Positions 18,165 through 27,362 of a DNA stretch of 64,000 bases are shown piece by piece. Origin of the DNA: an uncultured Chloroflexia bacterium. Lineage in GTDB: Bacteria; Chloroflexota; Limnocylindria; Limnocylindrales; CSP1-4. Both the position numbers and the translations under genes were made by a program. Location of the stretch: assembly GCA_963833225.1 (NCBI GenBank), contig CAWHXD010000017.1:224001-288000 (forward strand), given 5' to 3'. A model generated the notes under the pieces. It was not told where the DNA came from. It was given only the letters and a program-made list of their open reading frames with translations, and searched no databases. Numbering within the stretch: position 1 is the stretch's first letter; every line of letters begins with the position of its first letter.

Positions 18165-19385
18165 TCAGGACCAGACGGCGGTGCCCAGCACCCACAGCCA
18201 CGCATCCAGGGCACCCAGCGCGAGCACCCCGACCAGCTGGATCGCCGCGTGGCCCCTCGTGCCGAACAGCGGCACGGTCGTCCCGGGCGCGGTTCCCGGC
18301 CGTCGCCAGAGCGAGCGGAGCGTGGGCACGCGCCCCGGCGCGAACAGGAGCCCGAGCCACAGGCCCGTCACCAGCCCACCGATGTGGGCCCAGTTGTCCA
18401 CGATGCCGCTCATCGCGAACCCCAGGATCAGGTTCAGGATCACGAGGCCCACGAACTGGCCCATGAATGCCCGTGCGCCGCGGTCGAGCACCGGCCGGTG
18501 GATGTACAGCCCGGAGATCATCAGGCCGAACAGGCCGAACAGCGCTCCGGACGCACCCACGCCCCCGGTCGCGCTGCCGAACGCGAATGTCGCCAGGGAC
18601 CCGCCGGCGGCCGCCGCGATGTAGACGAGCAGGAACGGGATGCGTCCGTACAGGCGCTCGGTGAACGGGCCGGCGAGATACAGCAGGTACATGTTGAACA
18701 GCAGGTGGAGCGGCATCTGGGTCAGCGGGGCATGGACCAGGGTCACGGTCCACAGGCGCCAGATCTCGCCGCCCGCGAGGGCCGGCTTGTCGAGCGCCAG
18801 CAGGTCACGCAGGCTGTTGCCCACCGGGCTCAGGCTGGGATCGGCGATCAGCGAGGTGATCACGGTGACGATCAGGATCCCGATCGCCAGCGACGGGCCA
18901 GTGTCACCGCGGGCGCGGGCGAAGTACTTGCCGGAGGCGCCCTTGTCACCGATCTCCTTGGCCAGCCAGCCCAGGCGCGACGCGATCTCGGCCTTGTCGT
19001 CGGACGGGGCCCGCCGGTCCGCTTCGCGGTAGGCGTTGAGCGCACCGCGCAGGTCGCCGGCGCGAACCCGCGCCGCGGCCACGTTCCGCCAGGCGGCGTA
19101 CGTGTGGTCGTTCTCGGGCAGCTGGGTGGCGGCCTCCCACTCGCCGAGCGCCTGGGCATCCTCGTTGAGCCGGTAGAGCGCCTCACCCAGGCCCAGCAGG
19201 GCGGCGGCCGTGATCGACGTGTCGTTGAACCCGATGACCCGCTGGTAGACGCGGGCGGCGTCGAGGAAGTCCGCCGACGCCATCAGGTCGGCGGCGTGGG
19301 TGAGGGCGGCGACGGCCGCCTCGCGGGAGAGCGGCCCTGACTGGTCCAGGAGGCCGCGCCTGTCGTAGCTGGGTTGATCGGTCAC
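18165..19385 (-). CDS. TPR-repeat rhomboid intramembrane serine protease
   Basis: N-terminal TPR-like helices; WRLWT..H, HLLFNM, GASG, AHIGG. Confidence 0.92.
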   Translation of the reverse strand: MTDQPSYDRRGLLDQSGPLSREAAVAALTHAADLMASADFLDAARVYQRVIGFNDTSITAAALLGLGEALYRLNEDAQALGEWEAATQLPENDHTYAAWRNVAAARVRAGDLRGALNAYREADRRAPSDDKAEIASRLGWLAKEIGDKGASGKYFARARGDTGPSLAIGILIVTVITSLIADPSLSPVGNSLRDLLALDKPALAGGEIWRLWTVTLVHAPLTQMPLHLLFNMYLLYLAGPFTERLYGRIPFLLVYIAAAAGGSLATFAFGSATGGVGASGALFGLFGLMISGLYIHRPVLDRGARAFMGQFVGLVILNLILGFAMSGIVDNWAHIGGLVTGLWLGLLFAPGRVPTLRSLWRRPGTAPGTTVPLFGTRGHAAIQLVGVLALGALDAWLWVLGTAVWS

Positions 19386-19438
19386 GAGCGCGAGAGTACC
19401 GGACGGGGCCTCTCGCGGCTCGCGGCTAGACTCTGGTC

Positions 19439-20143
19439 ATGTGCGGACGGTTCACCCAGCAGCGCCCCACGTCCGAGATCGCGCGGATCTTCGAGGCCGA
19501 GGACCTCGTCGACGATCCGGGCGGGCGGTTCAACGTGGCACCGACCGACGAGGCGGCCGTCGTCGTGCAGCGTGACGACCAGCGGGCCGTCGTCGCCTAC
19601 CGGTGGGGCCTGCAGCCGGCGTGGGCGGACCCCAAGCGCGCGTCAAAGGCGTTCAACGCCCGGGCCGAGACCCTGGCCACCAGCGGCCTCTTCCGCGATG
19701 CCTACCGCAAGCGACGCTGCCTTGTCCCGGTTGACGGCTTCTACGAGTGGCTCCGCGAGGGGTCGCGTCGCGTCCCGATGTGGATCCACGATCCTGCGAA
19801 GCGGCCGCTCGCGCTGGCCGGGCTGTGGACCGGGCGCAAGGACGAGGAGTCCGGCGAGTGGCTGCGCACCTTCACGATCATCACCACCTCGCCCAACGCG
19901 TTCATGGCCGACATCCACAACCGGATGCCGGTGGTAATCGCGCCCGGAGACTGGCCAACCTGGCTGGACCCCGAGCCCCGCGACCCGGGCGAGCTCCGGG
20001 CGCTGCTCGAGCCACGCGACAACCTGCCGCTCGCGGCGTTCGCCGTCTCAACCCTGGTGAACAACGTGCGCAACGACGGGCCGACCCTCATCCTGCCGGC
20101 CGAACCCGAGGCGGACCAGGAGTCCGCCTCGACGCTGTTCTAG
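19439..20143 (+). CDS. SRAP-family abasic-site processing protein (YedK/HMCES-like)
   Basis: MCGRF, FNVAPT, NARAET, RCLVPVDGFYEW, HNRMP. Confidence 0.95.
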   Translation: MCGRFTQQRPTSEIARIFEAEDLVDDPGGRFNVAPTDEAAVVVQRDDQRAVVAYRWGLQPAWADPKRASKAFNARAETLATSGLFRDAYRKRRCLVPVDGFYEWLREGSRRVPMWIHDPAKRPLALAGLWTGRKDEESGEWLRTFTIITTSPNAFMADIHNRMPVVIAPGDWPTWLDPEPRDPGELRALLEPRDNLPLAAFAVSTLVNNVRNDGPTLILPAEPEADQESASTLF

Positions 20144-20382
20144 GCCCGAAGCCGGTCTGGTGTCGCCGGCGAGGCCTGGGTTCGATCGGCAGCCGGCTGA
20201 GCCAGGTGCCGGCGCACGATCGACCCGACTCCCGGATCAGATCCGACCAGCACGAATGCGGCGAGCGCCAGCCCGAGGATGATGCCCAGGAAGGCGGGGA
20301 ATCCGGTCGCCATGGAGAGGAGGTTCCAGCCCCACCCAGCGGCGAGGAACCAGAGAACGGCCGTGACGCTTCGCAGGAGCAT
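20140..20382 (-). CDS. small membrane protein
   Basis: Two hydrophobic helices. Confidence 0.6.
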   Translation of the reverse strand: MLLRSVTAVLWFLAAGWGWNLLSMATGFPAFLGIILGLALAAFVLVGSDPGVGSIVRRHLAQPAADRTQASPATPDRLRA

Positions 20383-20469
20383 GCATCAAGGCTATGCGTC
20401 CGCTTGCCCGGAGCCAGATCCCAGCGGTACCAGTCCCCAGACGCCAGTCGTCATGGTCGCGCACGGTCG

Positions 20470-21927
20470 CTACTCGACGAGCCCGACTCCCTTGAGATGG
20501 AACAGGTTGTCCGGGTTGTAGTTGATCGTGAACGACGCGCCAGAGCCATTCACCTGGAAGTTGTAGCAGATGACCTGCGTGGACAGGACGGTGCTGGAGC
20601 TGCCGTTGAACTTCACGGAGCCGCTCGCCGCGTAGATGGTTCCGGTCACGTCCAGCGTGGAGCCCTCGCCGTTGAGGTCGATGTCGTCCCCGCCACCCGC
20701 GGCGGCATCCCGATCCACGAAGATAACCATTCCCTCGTAGAGCCCGGACTCGATGGGCCGGAGAGCCAGCGTGGAGCCGTCTCCGCCGTTGAGGTGGATC
20801 GGGCCGTATCCGCCGCCCGCCGCATCCGTGGTGTTGTAGATGAGCACGCCGCCGGTCGGGTCGGTTCCCGTGTTGTCGCCCGAGGCCTTGGTGATGAGCG
20901 CGCCGTGGTCGCCGCCGGTGCTTCGAATCTCGATGCCGCCGCCGCCGATCCAGTAGAGGCCGGGCTCCATGTAGACGGTTGCCCGGGTCACCTCGAGGCC
21001 GCCCGGGTAGTTGCCAGGGAAGATCCGGTAGGTCTTGCCGCCCATCGTCGGCTTGCTGAACGAGCAGACCGCGGGAGCGCCGTCCGTGGCCGGGCTCGAG
21101 CCACCGGGACAGCCGTTGGGAATCGGACCCGGGATGGCATCGATCGGCTGGACCGCCGCCGGCATGCCCGGCTTGTCGGGCACGGCGAGGTCGCGCAGCG
21201 GGTCACCCGAGACGAGCACGCCGCTCGGGGCCGAGGTGCAGTTGTTCACGGCTCCACCGCTCGTCTGGATCTGTCCCACGACGTCGCACTGCGGAGCGGT
21301 CAACACCCCGTTGCCGCTGAGCAGGACCGCATCGGTCGGGCAATCGGAGTCGATGTGGACCGTCCCATCGGAGGTCACATTCGTGCCCGGCGCCCCGTTG
21401 ATCTTGTTCGTCCCGCAGCCGTGCGGATCGAGGGCCAGCAGCGAGTACGGCAGGGCGATATCGCCACCGTTCTTGGCGACGCCCATGGCGCCCGTCTGCT
21501 GCTCAGTGATTCCGAGGACGCCGAGGAAGATCGAGGGACGCGTCGACCCGATCGTCACCTCGATGTGCCCGGGGAGACCGGCTTTCGTCGAGGGCGCGAC
21601 CGGCGGGAGATCCACCCGGACGGTCCGCGCGTCCTGGCCGTCGAGATAGCCATGCTCCGCCGCCACCTCGCAGGCCGTGTCGATCGCGGCCAGGCCCGAG
21701 TGTGGCGTCGAGCAGCCGCCGTGGAACGTGTACCCGGCACCCACGATGTAGCGCGCGCCCGCGAGCGCTGCCGCGTCCGACGCATTCTGTTCGGTGCGCC
21801 GATCGAGCAGGTTCTGGCCCACGTCAAAGACGAGTGCGGCGACGACGCAGAGCGCGACGAGCCCGCCGGCCACGAGGACGAGGATCTGGCCCTGCTCGTT
21901 GGAGCGTCGGTCAGTTGTTGATGACAA
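20470..21927 (-). CDS. TadG-like pilus-associated protein
   Basis: EQGQILVLVA..., DVGQ..EQNASDAAALAGA Tad domain; Gly/Cys-rich beta-rich C-terminus. Confidence 0.85.
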   Translation of the reverse strand: MSSTTDRRSNEQGQILVLVAGGLVALCVVAALVFDVGQNLLDRRTEQNASDAAALAGARYIVGAGYTFHGGCSTPHSGLAAIDTACEVAAEHGYLDGQDARTVRVDLPPVAPSTKAGLPGHIEVTIGSTRPSIFLGVLGITEQQTGAMGVAKNGGDIALPYSLLALDPHGCGTNKINGAPGTNVTSDGTVHIDSDCPTDAVLLSGNGVLTAPQCDVVGQIQTSGGAVNNCTSAPSGVLVSGDPLRDLAVPDKPGMPAAVQPIDAIPGPIPNGCPGGSSPATDGAPAVCSFSKPTMGGKTYRIFPGNYPGGLEVTRATVYMEPGLYWIGGGGIEIRSTGGDHGALITKASGDNTGTDPTGGVLIYNTTDAAGGGYGPIHLNGGDGSTLALRPIESGLYEGMVIFVDRDAAAGGGDDIDLNGEGSTLDVTGTIYAASGSVKFNGSSSTVLSTQVICYNFQVNGSGASFTINYNPDNLFHLKGVGLVE

Positions 21928-22387
21928 GGGTCGACGCTCCTTTCACCGAGACGGGCGGGATGGGCACCAGCGGGATGGCCGATGTGAAGGCGTACGTCAC
22001 CTCGACGGTCACGGTCGTTCCGCGGTCGTTGTCGGGGACGGCTGGCGGCGTCCCCCACGTCGGCGTGATCGTGAGCATTGACGGATCGTCGATCCCGATG
22101 ACGCCAATCGCGTAGTTGCGGACGACCGCGATCACCGCGGTTCCGCTCGGGTCGTTGGGCGGCCCGGTTGGCGACAGCGACGCCGCGCCGTGGACGATCG
22201 CGTACCGGGCCCCTTCGCGCGCCGCGTTGTTGAGGATCTGCACGTAGTAGACGTAGCGACCGAAGTCGATGATCGCGAACAGGAGCAGGAAGAACAGCGG
22301 CGCGACGATGGAGAACTCGACAAGGGCCTGGCCACGACTCCTCGAGCCGGGCGGGCGAGATCCAGCCGCATGCACAGCGCGCATCAC
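21911..22387 (-). CDS. TadE-family pseudopilin
   Basis: GQALVEFSIV..., NNAAREGARYA. Confidence 0.9.
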   Translation of the reverse strand: MMRAVHAAGSRPPGSRSRGQALVEFSIVAPLFFLLLFAIIDFGRYVYYVQILNNAAREGARYAIVHGAASLSPTGPPNDPSGTAVIAVVRNYAIGVIGIDDPSMLTITPTWGTPPAVPDNDRGTTVTVEVTYAFTSAIPLVPIPPVSVKGASTLVINN

Positions 22388-22941
22388 GGCCCCACCGGCT
22401 GGAGGTCAGAGATCCGGAAGTAGCTGTCTCGATTGGCCTGGATCACCGCGGGAAGCGGCGGGATCGCGAGGATGAGGTGGAACTGGTAGCTCACCCGGAC
22501 GTGCACCGTGCAGGGCGGCTCGGTTGTGGCGATGGAGCAGTCGACGCCGTCGGTGACGCCTCCTGAGGTCCCGCAGTCGGTGGAGGCGCCGTTGCGTTCC
22601 AGCGTGCACGTGATCGTCGGGTTGGTGCAGGTCGTGTTGTTGACCGGGTCGGTCGTCTCGTAGTCCTGGAGGTGGCTGCCAGCCACCGACGTGCAGGCGC
22701 GGCGCTCCATCTCGCCGATCGTCACCGGGATGTTGACAGGCGACCAGTTCGTTGCCGCGAAGGCGCCGTAGTCCGCAGCCTCGCGCGCGGCGGACTCGAC
22801 CGCAACGACGCTGTTGTAGAGCCGCCCGAGATCGGCGATCCCAACGAGGAGCAGCAGCAGGATCGGGAAGACCAGCGCGAACTCGACGACGCTCTGGCCA
22901 GCGCGCCGGAGGAATGGCGCGCGCGGTGCGGAGAACAGCAT
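22384..22941 (-). CDS. TadE-family pseudopilin
   Basis: GQSVVEFALV..., SAAREAADYG. Confidence 0.88.
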   Translation of the reverse strand: MLFSAPRAPFLRRAGQSVVEFALVFPILLLLLVGIADLGRLYNSVVAVESAAREAADYGAFAATNWSPVNIPVTIGEMERRACTSVAGSHLQDYETTDPVNNTTCTNPTITCTLERNGASTDCGTSGGVTDGVDCSIATTEPPCTVHVRVSYQFHLILAIPPLPAVIQANRDSYFRISDLQPVGP

Positions 22942-23042
22942 GGGCACCCGGCTGTCCCCGGCGGCAGCGGACACCTAGCGTAGGGCGCCGTCCTTGCGGC
23001 CAACCTTGCCAGATGGCCCATAGGTCCTGGTACGTGGTGACA

Positions 23043-23687
23043 TCAGGCAACGCTGCCGCCGACGCCACCAAGGGCCGCCTGAAACGCCTCGCCGGACCCG
23101 GTCCCTGCGTCCAGGCGAGCCGCGAAGGCCCCCACGAACTCGGCGAACGCCCCCTCGCCACCGGCCGGCGTCGCGAGCACGGTGGTACCGGTGGGCAGCC
23201 CATCAGGCGGCGCGGCCTGTTCCGGGACCAGCACCACCAGGGAGGCCCCCGCGAATGCGGCTCCGTCCACGCACGCCGGGATCACTTCGGGCGGGACGTC
23301 GTCCGTGACCACGAGGACGCGGTACGACGTGAGGTACGACAGGCCGAGGGCGACATCGGCGGGCTGGAGCCGGGGCGCCGGGCTCAACGAGGCGGCGGAT
23401 CCCGCAGGCCCTGGCTCGACGTCGACAACGTCGGCTGGCCCCGGGTCGGGCGTCGGGCGCTGGACGGACGTCGGTTGCGCCGGATCGCGAAGCACGGCCA
23501 CGTGGCCGACGCCAGCCCGTGAGAGCCCGATCAGGAGGGCATCACCCATCGCGTCGTCGCCGATCCGGCCGACCAACTCCACGGACGAGCCGGCGATGGC
23601 GGCGGCGGCGGCAATGGCACAGGTCAGCCCCGCGGGTCCGGCCGGGTCGAAGGGACGCCATGCCGGTGAGCCGACGATGACGATCAT
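23043..23687 (-). CDS. degenerate PfkB/ribokinase-like protein
   Basis: VELVGRIGDDAMGD..L..L..AGV PfkB signature 1; C-terminal GAGD motif absent. Confidence 0.65.
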   Translation of the reverse strand: MIVIVGSPAWRPFDPAGPAGLTCAIAAAAAIAGSSVELVGRIGDDAMGDALLIGLSRAGVGHVAVLRDPAQPTSVQRPTPDPGPADVVDVEPGPAGSAASLSPAPRLQPADVALGLSYLTSYRVLVVTDDVPPEVIPACVDGAAFAGASLVVLVPEQAAPPDGLPTGTTVLATPAGGEGAFAEFVGAFAARLDAGTGSGEAFQAALGGVGGSVA

Positions 23688-23744
23688 CGGTCCAGCCTAG
23701 CGCGCCCTGCCCGCCGGCGCGACGCGGATCGAGCCCCTCAGGCC

Positions 23745-24515
23745 CTAGTTGTCGTCGTGGGTGGGGCCCGGGGAAGGGCTGCCGCTCGGCCGAGGCGTCG
23801 ACGTCTCGTCCTCATGGTCGTCCGTCGGCTCCGGGGTCGGCTTGGCCGTGGGCTTGGAGGTTGGCCGCGGTGTCGACGCGGAGGCTCCGCCCGATCCCTT
23901 GCCGCTGCCGGCATCCCCGGGCTCCTGCGTCTCGCCGGGATCTGGCGTCTCCGGGGAGGCCGAGATCGGGGGCTCGAGCTGTCCGTCGGGTGAAGGGGTT
24001 GGCAGCTCGAACGTCACCTGGGGTGTCTCGGTCGGTTCAGGAGCCGCCGACTCCGGCGTCGGCGTCGGTCCCGGCTGGGTCGGGGCAGGAGAGGGCGAGC
24101 TGTGGTCATCAAAGATACCCAGGGCCCCGGCGCCAACGACCCCGGACCCTCCCGCGACAACCGCCACGAGCAGGACCAGCGCGAAGGACTGGGCGCGGAC
24201 GGCAACCGGGAACCCACCCCCGAACGCGACCCGGAACGAGTCCCGCAGGGACCGGAGGAACCCGGCCATCTCGCGGTGTCGCAGCGCGCTCCCGGCCGCG
24301 ATGACCGGAGCCGGGACCGGCTCCGTGGCAATCGCGCCCATCACCCTGTCCGCAAATCCGGCTGACGGGGCCGCTCCCCCGCGTGCGGCCACGCTTTCGA
24401 TGTCCCGCGCGAGACGCGTCTCCGCGGCCAGCTGCTCGGGATTGATCCCGGGAACGCCGTCCAGCTCATCGGGGCCGAACGGCCGCGGGCGCTCGTTGGG
24501 GCGGTTGCCGGTCAT
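23745..24515 (-). CDS. putative membrane anti-sigma factor
   Basis: Coupled to the ECF gene; PSAGFADRVM, one TM helix, Pro/Thr-rich tail. Confidence 0.75.
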   Translation of the reverse strand: MTGNRPNERPRPFGPDELDGVPGINPEQLAAETRLARDIESVAARGGAAPSAGFADRVMGAIATEPVPAPVIAAGSALRHREMAGFLRSLRDSFRVAFGGGFPVAVRAQSFALVLLVAVVAGGSGVVGAGALGIFDDHSSPSPAPTQPGPTPTPESAAPEPTETPQVTFELPTPSPDGQLEPPISASPETPDPGETQEPGDAGSGKGSGGASASTPRPTSKPTAKPTPEPTDDHEDETSTPRPSGSPSPGPTHDDN

Positions 24516-25144
24516 CGGTCCGACTCCTCGAGGACGCGGCGCAGTCGCCCCAGGCCCCGATGCAGATGGGTCTTCACGGTGCCGAGTGGCCGTCCGGTCG
24601 CCTCGGCGATCTCCTGGAGGCTCCGCTCAGCGAAGAATCGCAGCGCAACGACCTCTCGATACGGCTCGTCGAGGGAGGCGACGGCCGCCCGGATCTGGGC
24701 ATGGCGCTCGGTGCGCAGGAGCGTGTGTGCCGGATCCACCGCGTCGCCGACGCCCATGGTCCGGAAGCGCTCCTGGTTGGGTTGATCCGCCTCGGCCGCC
24801 AGCGGGTCAAGCCAGGCGACCTGCTTGCGGGTCTGGGCCCGACGGACGGCAAGCCGGACCGCGATGCGGCTCAGCCAGGCCCCAAACGCGCCGTCGGCGC
24901 GCCAGGTCCCGAGCGAGCGATACGCGATCACGAATGCCTCCTGTGCCACGTCCTCGGCTTCGCCACGATCGCCCAGCACGCGTGCGCACGACGCGACAAC
25001 CGAAGCCCCTTCGCGATCCACGAGGATCCGGAAGGCGTTGCGGTCACCGGCGAGCACCGCGTCGACGATCGTTCGGTCATCGAATGTGGCTCCGGTGTCC
25101 AGGTTGCTGGTCACGATCCGGTCTGCCAGGGCTGCGAGCTCCAT
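24512..25144 (-). CDS. ECF RNA polymerase sigma factor (start approximate)
   Basis: AEDVAQEAF, WLSRIA, SLQEIAEATGRPLGTVKTHLHRG. Confidence 0.92.
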   Translation of the reverse strand: MELAALADRIVTSNLDTGATFDDRTIVDAVLAGDRNAFRILVDREGASVVASCARVLGDRGEAEDVAQEAFVIAYRSLGTWRADGAFGAWLSRIAVRLAVRRAQTRKQVAWLDPLAAEADQPNQERFRTMGVGDAVDPAHTLLRTERHAQIRAAVASLDEPYREVVALRFFAERSLQEIAEATGRPLGTVKTHLHRGLGRLRRVLEESDR

Positions 25145-25269
25145 CCTGCGGGTTGTCGAGTCTGCCCGACGGCTCGGCTCGGCAAGGACCGATCCGACAC
25201 CCGAGATGGTCGCGCATCGGATCGGCACTCACCGCGGACGGAGGTTACAGGGATCCTGGCCGGATCGGA

Positions 25270-25806
25270 TCAGTCATCGCTGCCGGGGTCGCCGCCATGA
25301 TCACCGCCGCCACTGTGGTCGCCGTCGCCGTCCTGGGAGCCACTGTCATGGCCACCCTCGTCGCCGGGACCGCTGTGCTCGCCCTGGTCGTTGTCGTCGC
25401 CCTGGTCGTTGTCGTCGCCCTGGTCGTTGTCGTCGCCCTGGTCGCCCGCGCTGGGCCCGCTGTTGTCACGGGCTCCGCCCTTGTCGCTGGCGCTGCCCTC
25501 GTCCACCTTCGCCTTGGCGTGGTCGTCGGTGGCGTCGGGGGTTGCGTCGTCCGCCTCGGGCGATTCGGTGGCCTCGGCCGTCGCCGTCGCCTCGGGCGAC
25601 TCGGTGGCCTCGGCCGTCGCCGTCGCCTCGGGCGACTCGGTGGCCTCGGGCGACTCGGTGGCCTCGTCCGTGGCCGAGACGGGCGCGGTGTCCGCGCTCC
25701 GTCCGCCGGCGACGAAGCTGCTGGTGGCGAAGGCCGCGCCGGCGACCAGGAACAGGGTCACCGCGGCGGTACCCGCCGAGCGGATGATCGTCTCTTTCGA
25801 GCGCAT
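25270..25806 (-). CDS. secreted, highly acidic low-complexity protein
   Basis: Signal peptide, then (ATESPE/ATATAE)n and (DQGDDN)3 repeats and a His/Asp/Gly tail. Confidence 0.8.
   Translation of the reverse strand: MRSKETIIRSAGTAAVTLFLVAGAAFATSSFVAGGRSADTAPVSATDEATESPEATESPEATATAEATESPEATATAEATESPEADDATPDATDDHAKAKVDEGSASDKGGARDNSGPSAGDQGDDNDQGDDNDQGDDNDQGEHSGPGDEGGHDSGSQDGDGDHSGGGDHGGDPGSDD
25381..25444 (+). repeat. 18-bp tandem repeat GCCCTGGTCGTTGTCGTC x3.5 (coding)
   Basis: Read directly; related 18/36-bp units also at about 25552-25665. Confidence 0.9.
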
Positions 25807-25958
25807 GGGTGGTTTGCTCCAAGATGGCTCGGCATCCCTCGCTGGTGCCGCTTCATCTCTCCAGAGGCGTCCGCGAGCCGGAAGGTTTCGGGCCGGCCCA
25901 CGTTCGTGGGTCCCCGGCCCGGTGCCTGGCCCACCCTCCGCGGCACCCCCGACCCTGC

Positions 25959-27362
25959 CTACCCCTCGGGGGCGTCCTCGGCGGCAGCGCCCGGCACGTC
26001 ATCCCGGACCACGTCGACCGGGCCGATCGCCGCCGCCTCGAGGTCCGCGCCAAACTGGTCGTGGTCGCCGACAAGCACGACGGCCGCGGCCTCGGGCCGG
26101 ATGTGGGCACGCGCGACCCGGAGCACGTCGCCGGCAGTCACCGCCTCGATCGACGACCGGTAGCGATCCAGCTCGTCGTCCGGCAGGCCATGGACAAACA
26201 GCCCGGCCAGGGATCCGGCCACGGGACCCGGGGTCTCGAACCGGAGCGGGAACACGCCGATCAGGTAGTTCCTGGCGGCTCGCAGCTCGTCGTCCGTGAC
26301 CGGCACCTCCCGGATCCGGTCCAGCTCGACCAGGAACTCGCGGAGCGCCGGAACGGTGACCTCGGTGTTCACCGCCGCGCGGGCCGAGAACGGGCCGTGT
26401 CCTCGACGCATGTCGAAGCCGGCGCTGGCGCCGTAGGTGTATCCCTTGTCCTCGCGGAGGTTCATGTTCAGGCGCGAGTTGAACAGGCCGCCCAGGATGG
26501 CGCTCATGACGACGACCGCGTGGTAGTCAGCGTGCAGGCGGGGCAGTCCCCGGTGTCCGATCCGGATCTCGGATTGCACCGAGCCCGGTCGGTGGATGAC
26601 ACGCACGAACCGCGCATCGACCGCGCCGGCATCGTCGATGGGTCCCGCGGTCGCGGCATCCGGTCCGGTCCAGCTGCCGAACATCGACTCGGCTGCCCGG
26701 GCAACCGCGGCGGGATCCAGGTCACCCGCGACGACGAGCGCGCCGCGCGACGGCACGCAGGCTCGCCCGTGCACCGTTCGCAGCTCGGTCGGGGTCAGCC
26801 CGGCCACGGTGTCCGTCCCCCCGCCCGCCGGACGATGGTAGGGACTGCCGGACGCGTAGACCGCGGCGCTGAACGCCTGGTCGGCACGCCGCCGGGGGTC
26901 CGACTTGACCTGGAGCAGGTCGGTGAGGCGCTCGTCGCGGAGACGATCGACCTCGGTCCCGGGAAAGGCCGGGCGACGCACGACCTCCGCCAGCAGCTCG
27001 AGGGCAGGCTCGAGACGGTTGGCGGGAACATCCACTCCCGCGGAGAGCGCATCCCAGCCCGCCTCGGCATGGATGGAGGCACCGAGGCGCTCGGCGGCCT
27101 CGGTCAGCGCGATGGCATCACGCACCTCGGTGCCCTCGGTGAGCGCGCGGGCCGCCAGCACCGTGGCTCCGCCGGCGGCGGCCGGCTCATCGGATGCGCC
27201 GGCCCGGAACGAGAGCGAGACGGCCACCAGCTCGCGCCCGGGCATCGGGGTGACGACCACCTTGAGCCCGTTGGCGAGCGAGGACCGGAACGTGTGCGGG
27301 AACTCGAAGGGACGCGGCTCGCCAGGAACGGGCCGGACCCCGGGGGATCGCTGCCCGCTCAT
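25959..27362 (-). CDS. M16 (pitrilysin) peptidase, non-catalytic partner subunit
   Basis: LANGLKV, ILGG.FNSRLNMNLREDKGYTYG; lacks HxxEH. Confidence 0.9.
   Translation of the reverse strand: MSGQRSPGVRPVPGEPRPFEFPHTFRSSLANGLKVVVTPMPGRELVAVSLSFRAGASDEPAAAGGATVLAARALTEGTEVRDAIALTEAAERLGASIHAEAGWDALSAGVDVPANRLEPALELLAEVVRRPAFPGTEVDRLRDERLTDLLQVKSDPRRRADQAFSAAVYASGSPYHRPAGGGTDTVAGLTPTELRTVHGRACVPSRGALVVAGDLDPAAVARAAESMFGSWTGPDAATAGPIDDAGAVDARFVRVIHRPGSVQSEIRIGHRGLPRLHADYHAVVVMSAILGGLFNSRLNMNLREDKGYTYGASAGFDMRRGHGPFSARAAVNTEVTVPALREFLVELDRIREVPVTDDELRAARNYLIGVFPLRFETPGPVAGSLAGLFVHGLPDDELDRYRSSIEAVTAGDVLRVARAHIRPEAAAVVLVGDHDQFGADLEAAAIGPVDVVRDDVPGAAAEDAPEG

Noticed and set aside
25869-25890. GTCCGCGAGCC as another copy of the 28-bp repeat
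   Set aside because: Only the GC-rich left arm matches; the TGTCACC arm is absent.
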